From: Squalus acanthias
Taxonomy: Eukaryota
Length of the DNA stretch: 64,000 bases
Reading direction: 5' to 3'
Assembly (NCBI GenBank): GCA_030390025.1
Contig: CM059432.1
Coordinates: 16,556,001 to 16,620,000 of the forward strand
The notes below the pieces were generated by a model. The model was not told the origin of the DNA and did not search any database. It worked only from the letters and a program-made list of their open reading frames with translations. Positions 41,480 to 52,725 of this stretch are shown here, one piece after another; the stretch's first letter is position 1, and the number at the start of each line of letters is the position of its first letter. The position numbers were made by a program, and so were the translations under genes.

Positions 41480-44445
41480 CCTATTGCCATCCACAACCTT
41501 ATTGTGGATGATTGCATTGATATCATGGCTTTGATGGAAACTTGGCTCATAAGTGGCAACAACTTACCCTTTACTGAAGTCTCCCCACCTGGTAATATTT
41601 ACCACTATCTGCCTCACCCAGACTGCCCCAGTGGCGATGTGGCTGTTATCACCAAATCACACCTTGGTCTCTTCCCCCTACTCTTCCATCAAGCACCTCA
41701 CCTTGCTCCAGCCCTCTCGTGTCTCTCCTTTAAAATCCTATTCTCCACCATCTCCCCAAGCCCCACGCCAAGTTTCTCACGGAGATATCCCCTCTACTTT
41801 CCTCCCTCAGCCTCTGCATTGAGTGATGACGCATCCTTGATTTCAATCTCCATCTCAGTTCACCTTCCCTTCAATGGTCAGAAGTTGGTGAACAGAGCTA
41901 CTTGCATCTATCTAAGTGCACATGCATACAGGTCTGCTCTTCCAGACGGGAAACCAATGCAACAGAGTATAAGACTACACTGTTGGCTTACAAAAATCCA
42001 AAATGCTATTACCATGAAAGTAACAGTTGGAATTAAGCATTTTTGTTTACTCAATATGGAGTGCATGCTCTCACCAAAGGGATACCCTTCCCCACTTAGG
42101 TAAGTATAGAGAGATTAGCCACAGGTCGGCAGAGTCCATGAGTAGAGACCATCATGTACGCAGAAGGGTACTGGAACTGATCAGATTACCAGTATAGAGT
42201 ACTGTTAAGATTCCTGCTATTTGCCCAGCTAGGGCCACCCTGCCTGTTAGAGCACCAGCTTGCAGGAGTGTCTGAAGCCAAGTTGGATGAATCCCAGCCC
42301 CCCAGTGACAGGTTTATCCTGACAGGTTTCATTCGTGAGCTTGGCTGGCTCGCCATGGAGTACTGCAGACTTACCCGATTTAAGTATCAGCTGACCATGC
42401 CCACCACGGAGCTGAATCGATGCTCAACTTCCATCGCCAAGCATGTCATCTTACATCCACCTTGACCCCAAAGAGATCCCGTTTATTCCCCACAGGAGGA
42501 TAATCACCAGTTGGACATGGGATAATTGTGGGTATCAAACCTTGCTAAGTGGACAGCAGGTACCAGCAGCTCCTCAAACAGCATGGTGAGTCGCACAACT
42601 CACCACAAATTTGAAGCAGCAGCTTGCCTCCATGCTATATAATCTTGGGAGGTACTGAACTCTGCATATCTGAGTGAGTGTTCTCATATGCAGCAGTTCT
42701 GGTCTTCCAGACTGGAATCTTCCTGCTTCCCTATGAAGATCTCAATATGTTTGACTCAGTTACACTGTAAGGTCTGTTGTCTGGTCATTCCTTTTTAGAG
42801 CCAGAGTGGCTTTTTAAACTCTCACACACAGCATCCAAGGTACTGGTCTTGTAGCAACTGTTATCCCAAGAATCAGAATTTTGTCATCAGCCGTGCAACA
42901 GACAACTGCCTTGAGCATGGCAGAAAGACACCTGTAAGGCAGCTGGTATCAAGGTGTGTATACACCTTAATGTTCGACATGTCCAAGTACTGTTCTGAGT
43001 ATGAGGATTATCTATCACTTCTTAACCTACATCATGGTGCAAGGGGCTTCTGGAAAAAGATGGTGCCTGCATGGGACTCACTCCCCCTTCAGTCTATTCA
43101 GTGCAGGTTGCAACCCTCACTGCCTGCTGCCACTTTCTCCTCTTGCTACAAATCCGCCTCACAGCTTGATCCTGGATCTTGCACATGGGCCAGAGAAAGC
43201 TTCTCCCTGCATAAACAATGAAGGAGAAGGGTTTGGGTGCATGTCCTATATGCCATGTTTAATTTACCAAAGCACTGAAACAACCCTAATCAAAGTCACA
43301 AATTACATGCTGTGTGACTGCGACCGTGGTAAGCTATCCCTCTTTTGCCTTCTCGACCAGTCTGCAGCCTTTGACAAGGTTGACCAGATCATCCTCCTGC
43401 AACACCTCTCCTCCGTTGTCCAGCTGAGTGGGGCTGCCCTCGCCTGGTTCCATTCTTATTTATGTAGTCATAGCCAGAGAACCTCCTGCAATGGCTTCTC
43501 TTCGAGCTCCCACACCTTTACCTCTGGAGTCCCCCAAGGATCCATCCTTGGCCCTCTCCCATTTCTCATCTACATGTTGCCCCTCGGTGACATCATCCAA
43601 AAGCACATTGTCAGGTTCCACGTGCAAACTGACACCTAGCTCTACATCACCACCACCACCTACTCTCGACCCCTCCACTGCCTCTGTGTTGTCAGGCTGC
43701 TTGTCTGACATCCAGTACTGGATGAGCAGAGATTTCCTCCAATTAAACATTGAGAAGGTTAAAGCTATTGTGTTCGACCCCCACCATAAACTCCGTTCTG
43801 TAGCCACCGATTCCATCCCTCTCCCTGATCACTGTCTCGGACTGAATCAGACTGTTCGCACCCTCAGCGTCCTATTTGTCCGAGCTGAGCTTCCGATCCC
43901 ACAGCTGCTCCATTACGAAGACTGCCTATTTCCATCTCCATAATATTGCCCGTCTCCACCCTGCTTCAGCCCTTCTGAAGTTGAAATTCTATTCCAATAC
44001 TCTCCCGGTTGGCCTCCCATCTTCCACAATCCATAAACTTGAGCTCATCCAAAATTCTGCTGCCCGTATCCCAACTTGCACAAAGTCCCGTTCACCCATC
44101 ACCCCTGTGCTCGCTGACTTACATTGGCTCTCGGTCCGCCAACGCCGCGAATTAAAAAATTCTCATTCTTGTGTTCAAATCCCTCCCTGGCCTCGCCCCC
44201 TCCCTATCTCTGTAAGCACCTCCAGTCCTACAAACCTCAGAGAACTAAGGTGTTCCTCCAAATCTGGCCTCTTGTGCACCTCGACTTCCTTTGCTCCGCC
44301 ACTGACAGGCATGCCTTCAGCTGTCCAGGACCTAAGCTCTGGAATTCCCTCCCTAAACCTCTCCGCCGTTCCACCTCTCTGTCCTCCTTTAAGACGCTCC
44401 CTAAAACCTACCTCGTTGACCAAGCTTTTGGTTACCTATCCTAAT
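41480..44445 (+). mobile_element. L2-type LINE fragments (endonuclease piece 41480-41880; RT and 3' piece 43260-44445)
   Basis: DIMALMETWL; STETTLIKVTN, LLDQSAAFDKVD, GVPQGSILGP, ITPVLADLHWL. Confidence 0.8.
41880..43250 (-). mobile_element. Highly decayed LTR-retrotransposon (Gypsy-like) pol remnant
   Basis: Minus-strand pieces such as LSAMLKAVVCCTADDKILILG (YxDD region) and PAVHLARFD; heavily interrupted. Confidence 0.35.
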
Positions 44446-44449
44446 GTCT

Positions 44450-45000
44450 CCATGAAAACAGATTATCTGGTCATTTATTTCTTGCTGTGGGACTTCACTG
44501 TGCAGAAACTGGCTGCCATGTTTCCCTATGTTACAACAATAACTACACGTCAAAAGTACTTAGTCGGTTGAGAAGTGCTTTGGGACATCCTGAGATCATG
44601 AAAGGCGCTATGTAAAAGCAAGTTATTTCTTTTTTCTTTCACCTACCAAGATGGCTGAAACAGACACCTCAGAACTCTGGTCTGATGCTTCAGTGCTGTA
44701 CTGAGGGACTACTATCATTGAAGCCCCTTCTGCTTGTTGAGGTGGACATTAGAAAGCCCACCTTTAATACCCATCTAAACACTGCAGTTCTCCTGGTGTC
44801 CTGGTTAACATTCTTCCTTAATCAGCATTGGCAAAAATAGATTAACAGGTTATTCATCTCATTGCATTTTTGTGGAATCTCGCTGTTTGCAAAACAGGTG
44901 TCAGCCTTGTCCACACAACAACATTCACCGCATCTGAAAATAATTCGTAGTATGTGAAATGGTTCGAGATGTTTCCGAGAGTGGTGCAAAATAAATGTTA
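44450..45000 (+). mobile_element. Two Deu-type SINE pieces
   Basis: aaaacagattatctggtcatt...aaaggcgctatgtaaaagc tail and a second, older copy. Confidence 0.6.
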
Positions 45001-46528
45001 TCAGGGTGCAAAGATAGAATCTATTTCATCCAGACTAAAGCACTATAATTCTCAGATTATGAGAGGATGCCCGTCTTTGTGCAATCATGGGGAGATGCTG
45101 GATCAAAGCCAAGTACTTCTCCAGTGGGAAGGAGGTAAAAATTCAGAGGGCAAGTTTCCCAGGCATTCACCCAGCCTAGTTAGAGAGTAGCTAAAGCAGG
45201 CCAACCTGCCATTCTTTCACAAAAAATTTATAAAAAGAAAACTAACATTCCACAATATTAAATGTTTAAGGCTTTTGATTCCAATTCATTTTTAGAATGA
45301 CTACCACCACCAGAGGTTACCTGAAAACTGCACAAGTGTCCTGATCTGCATACAGTCCATTACTTCAGGCAGTACAACTTTCAAAAATGTAGCACAATCA
45401 ATGGAAGCTATTCAAAGAACAGGCCATGATTTTTTTTTAAATGCAGTAATTGAACCAATAATGAAAAATAAGAAAAAAATAAACAGAACATTTATTTGAA
45501 AAAAGGTTGCATGATAGACATGGCAGATGCTATAATGCACTATTTGTGTGAGGGTTTGTTTCATTCATATGAAAGTTTGGATCATGCACATGCAGCATTC
45601 ATTATTAGTTTCACCACCACACACTCCATGCTGAAGGAAAATCTATTCAAGTATTTTTCTTTTTAAATGTGTAATTTTTAATTCATCTGACCAGTTAAAT
45701 TGCTCACATTTTCTGTCTAATTTAACATGGAAACAAACAAACAAACCTGCTCCAGAACTAACATTAATAAATCAATCTAGGGACACAATAACATAAGAAT
45801 ACAATGAAGCAGGAACAAGAAAAGACTGCTTTGCTTGTCCAATTCTGCTTCTGGACCTCTGACCATTGATCACCTTTTTTCTACTTCAAACTCAGACATC
45901 TCCTTACTGAAGCAGAAATTGATCTGATTCTCTTTCAAATGCTACAACTGAACTAGTAATTACTGTATTTGACAGCAGTCTCTTTCATAAATTAAAGACC
46001 CTATAAGGTCTAAATTATTGCTTTGGTTGTGCAGACTAATGTAGTTCACCTTTTGGCTTCTGTCATCATTATAAGATAAATGCTTGCAACACTTGAAAAT
46101 AAATGTAAACATTAAGCTTCATCACTTCCTTATTTTAAAAAAAGTTTTGGTATTAAAGGAAATCATTTCATGAATATGTATACACACCAGGAATATAGTC
46201 TTAAAATGTATTCTATTCAAATTCACTCTTTTTTTTGGCTCCATACTGTCCTTAAGATGAAAGGGTTGCTATTTTGGCAAATAGACAGCCACCAGCATAA
46301 CTCCATGGTGGCTGTCGGCAGACGTTTTCCAGCCAATATTTTTACCCCTGCATTTAGGGGCCTCTTCCACAGAAAGAGGCTCGATCTTGTGGTCCACTGA
46401 AGAAGGGGCCTATTGTGAATATGAGGCAAAACTGCCATTTGAACCTGATGTCTCCTAATGAGATTCCACTCTCCCACTGAAACTACTAGGCTACTGTTAA
46501 CATCAATCTTCTGACTATATTGCTTTTA

Positions 46529-46678
<150 letters not shown>

Positions 46679-46845
46679 TTAAATAGATATTGATTCCACT
46701 TTGATGACAAATTATTTTTGCATTTCCATTTTTTTTTAATGAGTAAAGGTTACACACTAAGTGACACACAACTTGACACAATTATACTCATCCAACAGGC
46801 AGCAAGCAAAATAATCAGACAACGATTAAGAAACAGTTTCATTAC

Positions 46846-46866
46846 CTTCATCTATCCCATAGCTTT
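46846..46866 (-). CDS. PTK2: PTK2 alternative micro-exon 'box 7', 21 nt, KSYGIDE
   Basis: aatgcag|AAAGCTATGGGATAGATGAAG|gtaat; phase 1/1. Peptide is identical to the known neuronal FAK box-7 insert and sits between the Y397 exon and the RDYEIQ exon. Confidence 0.92.
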
Positions 46867-48269
46867 CTGCATTGCAATTGGGAATAGAGGAGGAAAAAGA
46901 AAATCAAAAAGCAGTATACATTACAATTTCTGCAGATAAATATGTAACAATGCAATTTATGTAGTATTGTAGTGCAATGAATGCTCAATAATGGGTGAAA
47001 CCATCAGTTTTTCTGTGCAGAAAACTACAAAAAAACTTAAAGAAAATAATAATTTAGTATAAAAATTTATATATGGAAAAATTCAAATAATCTAACGATT
47101 ATCAAACAGTGGTATTCTCTCCTCACAAATTGATAGGGGAAAAGATTGGTATTCAGCGTCATTTACCCTTAAGTGACTCTTGGTTTTTGTTAAATTTATG
47201 AAAATTTAGTTAAACTGTGGGCTTGTGCACTGACTAAATATATGCAAGAAGGGAAAGCTTTTTTGTGGGATAAAATACAATAGCAGAAAAAGCAGCAACC
47301 ATTTATTGCAGCCAGATAATAAGAACATAGCACAAGGTCACGACATTAAGATTTTTTTTAGTTCTAGCAATTAACTTTGCCAACAGAAAATCTTCCTAAT
47401 TTGTCAAAAAAAACTATGCATTTAAATAAATCTGATCACCAAATATTAGTCGAATAGACACTGCATTAACATGAATGCTGTAATAACTGCAGAATTAGTG
47501 CAAGGGTACATCCATTTGCATCTCTTCCAACAAGAGAGCGATAGATTTTTGGATACTAAGGTAATCAAGGGATATGGGGATAGTGCGGGAATGTGGAGTT
47601 GAGGTAGAAGATCAGCCATGATCTTATTGAATGGCGGAGCAGGCTCGAAGGACCGAATGGCCTACTCCTGCTCCTATTTTTTATGTTATGTGAGAAAAAG
47701 ATGAAGTCTTCACAATTTGGATCAATGTCCCTCTCTTTTGTTTTTAAGGACTCAGTGGCACAGAGAGTGAAAGCACTGCCCTTTCATTTCAGAGATCTGG
47801 GGTCAAAGGAGCAATGGGAAAATAGTGCTGCATCAAGGAAAGCATCAACATTAATTTTAACTGTAACATAGAATAATGCATTTAACCAATTTACATTGTA
47901 GGCACTTGGATTTTCCTTGGTTTGTATACAAAACGTCAATTATCTTTATTCATCAGGAAAGTCTATTTTGCCGTAATGTAGAAATGTGCCCAGAGTAGCC
48001 TGCAAAGAGCGTTTTGCAATTTGGGGTATTGGGCCATATGATGGCCTTACGATTGATGTATTTGTGCAGAGGTTTTCAAACAGACGTCATCAAGGGGTAT
48101 GAGGACACATGCGTTTTTATCCCCCAAATCCCAAGATTACCAGTGCATAGTACCAAAGCATCATTGACCAAGATGCTCATGTCTCGTCAGCGCCCCTTAA
48201 TGCCCATGCATTATATAAAAATGAGAAGTCGCACAACACCAGGTTATAGTCCAACAGTTTTATTTGAAA

Positions 48270-48306
48270 TCACGAGCTTTCGGAGCGCTGCTCCTTCGTC
48301 AGGTAA
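48270..48306 (-). ncRNA. Minimal hammerhead ribozyme motif in the inverted end (sense to PTK2 pre-mRNA)
   Basis: Minus strand ttac-CTGACGA-aggagcagcgctcc-GAAA-gctc-gtga. Confidence 0.65.
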
Positions 48307-48407
48307 AGTGAGGGAATACAAATCAGATACAAGCATATATAGACAGAGAACAATGTGTTTCTGACTGCCCTCCATCACACCACCTTGGCAGAGATACAAT
48401 CAGTCAG

Positions 48408-49815
48408 CACCCATGGACCAGTTGAACCAGGAACACTCCTCGCCACGATGGACGTATCGGCACTCTACACCAGTATCCCCCACGATGACGGCATCGCTGC
48501 GACAGCCTCAGTACTCAACACCAACAACAGCCAATCTCCAGACGCCACCCTACAACTCATCCGCTTCATCCTTGACCACAATGTCTTCACCTTCGACAAC
48601 CAGTTTTTTACCCAAACACACGGAACAGCCATGGGGACCAAATTTGCACCCCAATACGCCAACATGTTCATGCACAAGTTCGAGCAAGACTTCTTCGCCG
48701 CACAGGACCTCCAACCAACGCTGTACACCAGATACATCGACAACATTTTCTTCCTTTGGACCCACGGCGAAGGATCACTGAAAGGACTACACGATAACAT
48801 CAACAGGTTCCATCCCACTATCAAACTCACCATGGACTACTCCTCAGAATCGGTTTCATTCTTGGACACACGAATCTCCATCAAAGACGGACACCTCAGC
48901 ACTTCACTCTACCGCAAGCCCACGGACAACCTCACGATGCCCCACTTCTCCAGCTCCCACCCTAACCACGTTAAAGAAGCCATCCCCTATGGACAAGCCC
49001 TGCGAATACACAGGATCTGCTCAGAGGAGGAACGCGATGGACACCTACGGACGCTGAAAGACGCCCTCGTAAGAACGGGATATGACGCTCGACTCGTCGA
49101 TCGACAGTTCCGACGGGCCACAGCGAAAAATCGCATAGACCTCCTCAGAAGGCGAACACGGGACACAACCAACAGAGTACCCTACGTCGTCCAGTACTTC
49201 CCCGGAGCGGAGAAACTAAGCCATGTTCTTCGCAGCCTTCAACATGTCATCGATGACGACGAACACCTTGCTAAGGCCATCCCCACGCCTCCACTACTCG
49301 CCTTCAAGCAGCCGCCTAACCTCAAAAGTACCATAGTTCACAGCAAATTACCCAGCTGTCAGGAGAACAGTGACCACGACACCACACAACCCTGCCACGG
49401 CAACCTCTGCAAGACATGCCAGATCATCAACACAGATACCATCATCACACGTGAGGACACTACCCACCAGGTACATGGTACATACTCATGTGACTCGGCC
49501 AACGTTGTCTACCTCATACGTTGCAGGAAAGGATGCACCGCAGCATGGTACATCGGCGAGACCATGCAGACACTGAGACAATGTATGAACGGACACCGCG
49601 CAACAATCGCCAGGCAGGATTGTTACCTCCCAGTCGGGGAACACTTCAGCAGTCAAGGACATTCAGCCTCGGATCTGCGGGTAAGCGTTCTCCAAGGCGG
49701 CCTTTGAGACACACGACAACGCAAAATCATCGAGCAGAAACTGATAGCCAAGTTCCGCACCCATGAGGACGGCCTCAACCGGGATCTTGGTTTCATGTCA
49801 CGCTACATGATGTAG
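48408..49815 (+). pseudogene. Penelope RT / GIY-YIG endonuclease remnant
   Basis: TMDVSALYTSIPH, QTHGTAMG, RYIDNIF (D to N at the catalytic dyad), NVVYLIRC...WYIGET. Premature TGA at 49705-49707; the frame continues ..GLNRDLGFMSRY. Confidence 0.9.
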
Positions 49816-50038
49816 AGTCATCCAGACTAGAGTCGTCGTTGTCTTGTTCACAGATGTGATTTCCAGTTTTAAAAAAAATTAAAAGCTTAACTGCAGACTG
49901 CAGCATTTGACACGTTGGACCCCCTGTGACCCCACCTCATTGTCTTAGCTGTATTTTGCCGTGTCTTTGATGTAATGCCTTCCTGACTGATTGTATCTCT
50001 GCCGAGGTGGTGTGATGGAGGGCAGTCAGAAACACATT

Positions 50039-50801
50039 GGCCCAGAAATTAAACATGGATGGTTCCCGCGGGGGTAAGGATTCCCCGCGATATCGCACTC
50101 CGCGCCTACCTTTTTGCTCCGGGCCCACACGAACTTTAGTTTCAAACGCTCTCTCTGTTGGAACCATGCAGTGTTTGCGTGACCCAGAGACGCAATTAGT
50201 TCGTGCGAGCTCTGGGATCACGTGATTTAGTTAGAGCCAATGGCAGCACACCATCTTTCATTCATAGTTTTGACTGCTAGAGCTGTCAAAGCTATGAATA
50301 CTACACACCCCCAAAAGAACAGCTAAACCTCAATTAAATTTAAAAAAAGCCATCACATTAATAAAATAACTATAGTTAAATAAATTAACCACTTTAAACA
50401 AAAAATTAAATTTTTGGAAAAATTTTAAATCTTTTTAAAAGTTATAAAAATAAACTTACCTTTCTTTAAAGTCTCTAAAAAAGATAAACCTGTTGAAAAT
50501 TTTTTTAAATAACACTTAATTAACTACTTACCTTGTTAAAAGGGGGTCCTACGCCTGCTTTCTTTGTGTGTAAAATCTTCACCACTTACCTGCGCGTTCA
50601 AAGCTGGAAAAAAAACTAAGTGCACTGCGTGCGCACAGCCTGTAGCGCGCACGCGGTTCACTTAGGAACCGCCCCCTTTTCAATTCACGAAGTGCCGGTT
50701 TCCCGTGCATGCGCAGTGCATGCAGGAAACCGGCAATTCATGATCTAATACGCGAGAGTACACAGTGTGTACTCTCGCGTATTAGGTTTAATTTTCGAGC
50801 C
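50039..50801. mobile_element. 763-bp MITE with GGC...GCC ends and ATT TSD, inserted in the Penelope 3' repeat
   Basis: Terminal inverted repeats ggcccagaaattaaac / gtttaattttcgagcc; the empty site can be read from the inverted copy near 48345-48362. Confidence 0.85.
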
Positions 50802-50850
50802 ATTGTTCTCTGTCTATATATGCTTTGTATCTGATTTGTATTCCCTCACT

Positions 50851-50887
50851 TTACCTGACGAAGGAGCAGCGCTCCGAAAGCTCGTGA
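50851..50887 (+). ncRNA. Minimal hammerhead ribozyme motif in the 3' terminal repeat
   Basis: ttac-CTGACGA-aggagcagcgctcc-GAAA-gctc-gtga. Confidence 0.65.
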
Positions 50888-51187
50888 TTTCAAATAAAAC
50901 TGTTGGACTATAACCTGGTGTTGTGCGACTTCTCATTTTTGTCCACCCCAGTCTAACACCAGCATCTCCGCATCATGCATTATATAACTGACATGAGTGT
51001 GATGTTTGGTCGCCGGCAATGGTCCTCAGGTATGTCAGGAGAGGGGTTTGAGTTATGGCTTGGGGCAGGGGGAAGGAGAGAGGGGCAATTGCTACTTCTG
51101 TGGAGTGGGAGGAGTACTCCTGCTTCTCCTGGCTCCAAAGAATGGGTTTTGTTAACAAAAACATTTTTGTGCAAACTGGCTGCCGCG

Positions 51188-51555
51188 TTTTTTTTTATTC
51201 ATTCATGGGATGTGGGCGTTGCTGGCAAGGCCAATATTTATTGCACATCTCTAAATGCCCTTGAGAAGGTGGTGGTGAGCTGCCTTATTGAACCACTGCA
51301 GTTTGTGTGGTGAAGGTACTTCCACAGTGCTGTTAGGTAGGGAGTTCCAGGATTTTGACCCAGCGATGAAGAAGGAACAGCAATATATTTTCAAGTCAGG
51401 ATGATGTGTGACTTGGAGGGGAACTTGGAGGTAGTGGTGTTCCCATGCGCCTGCTGCCCTTGTCCAGGTGGTAGAGGTCGTGGGTTTGTAAGGTGCTGTT
51501 GAAGAAGCCTTAGCGAGTTGCTGCAGTGCATCTTGTAGATGGTCCATATGGTATA
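51188..51555 (-). mobile_element. 3' end of the second CR1/L2-group family
   Basis: SFFIAGSKSWNSLPNSTV...FNKAAHHHLLKG plus tail. Confidence 0.85.
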
Positions 51556-52360
51556 GCGTTTCATACATTACAACAATGACTACACTATAAAAGTACTTAA
51601 TTGATTGTAAAGCCTTTTGGGGCGTCCTGAGGTCGTGCGGAGGTTGTGAAAGGCACTATATAAATGCACGGCTTTCGTTTTTCTTCATGTCCCCCACTTC
51701 TTCCTACCCCCTCTCCTTTATCGAGCACCCATGCCTTGCCCTCTCCACTGCCAACTTGATCTCAAAATACCCCTATCACCACACTTTTATCCACACTCAG
51801 CAACATCCCCTCCCCCCAATAATCCAACATGTGGCCAGTTGGCCACTACTATCCTAATGCTACCGTACCCTCTCGCATACCAGGGCTCCCCCAATTACTG
51901 CAATGTCCCTTATAGCCCTTTCCATATCACAAGCGCTGTAACTATCCCTCCAAGTGGTCTGACATGCCGCAAATCCCATCTCAGTTCTCTTAGACCTCTG
52001 CACCCGACACAATGCCCATGACTAGCTCCCAAATGACAGGACCACCTTCCCAATACTACAAACTCACATAAACCCTCAAATCCCCCATTTTGTTACATGT
52101 AGATCCGACAATCTACCACCTATTTACCTGCAACAACTTCCATAACATCTCCGAGTTTTTTTTTGCATATAATGAGTTAAAATTAACTTTAGTTAAGTTA
52201 ATTTAATAGCAATCATGGATTTTGTTTCTATGTAAATATGCACGTATTTGAGCCTGAAAATATCAGTAACACTCCTACTCTGTAATAAAACACTAACTTA
52301 TTCAATCACTGTAAACCAGTGGCTCATACACTATATACTACATAATATAAAACGACATAC

Positions 52361-52400
52361 CTGCCACTTCACTGTGAGCGACACCACAGGCAGTTAGCAT
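52361..52400 (-). CDS. Candidate alternative first coding exon of PTK2 (MLTACGVAHSEVA+1 nt)
   Basis: ATG-initiated 40 nt ending CAG|gtatgt. Phase 1 is in frame with the 46662 acceptor. TATAAAAA and two CCAAT motifs lie upstream. No transcript evidence. Confidence 0.3.
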
Positions 52401-52419
52401 ATATGTAAAGAAAAACGTG

Positions 52420-52516
52420 CCATTTTGACGGCCTCCCCTTTTTATATGAACTCATTGGTGTGCACTGACCATGAAACCTGAGCTTCAATCAGCCATTGAT
52501 ATTTGCTTCTAATTGG
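52420..52516 (-). promoter_or_regulatory. Candidate intronic core promoter
   Basis: Minus strand: CCAAT at 52512-52516 and 52454-52458, TATAAAAA at 52439-52446, AAAATGG (YY1-like) at 52420-52426. Confidence 0.3.
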
Positions 52517-52725
52517 CTGCTGCTAAGCATGTGCTTAGTAGGGACAATCAGATGTATGGCCCACAGCCGAGCAAGCCGCTGAGCACTCCGAGCCCTGACC
52601 ACATCATGAGTGGGAATAACTACCCGCTATTTCTGAGTAAATTTCGATCAAAGTAGGACTCAGCAAAATTAATACCAGAAATAAGCTGACTATGCTAATA
52701 CACTTCAATTCCTAAGAATTCAATA

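Larger units (their letters stand above)
48219..50973 (+). mobile_element. Penelope-like retroelement (family 1), 5'-truncated, with inverted terminal repeat and TSD
   Basis: RT plus GIY-YIG ORF; 48217-48407 is the inverse of the 3' end; catgcattatataa duplicated at 48205-48218 and 50974-50987. Confidence 0.92.

Noticed and set aside
48355..49707. 450-aa ORF as an active or domesticated RT-endonuclease
   Set aside because: It is 5'-truncated, its N-terminus comes from the inverted repeat, it has a catalytic D to N change, and it stops prematurely.
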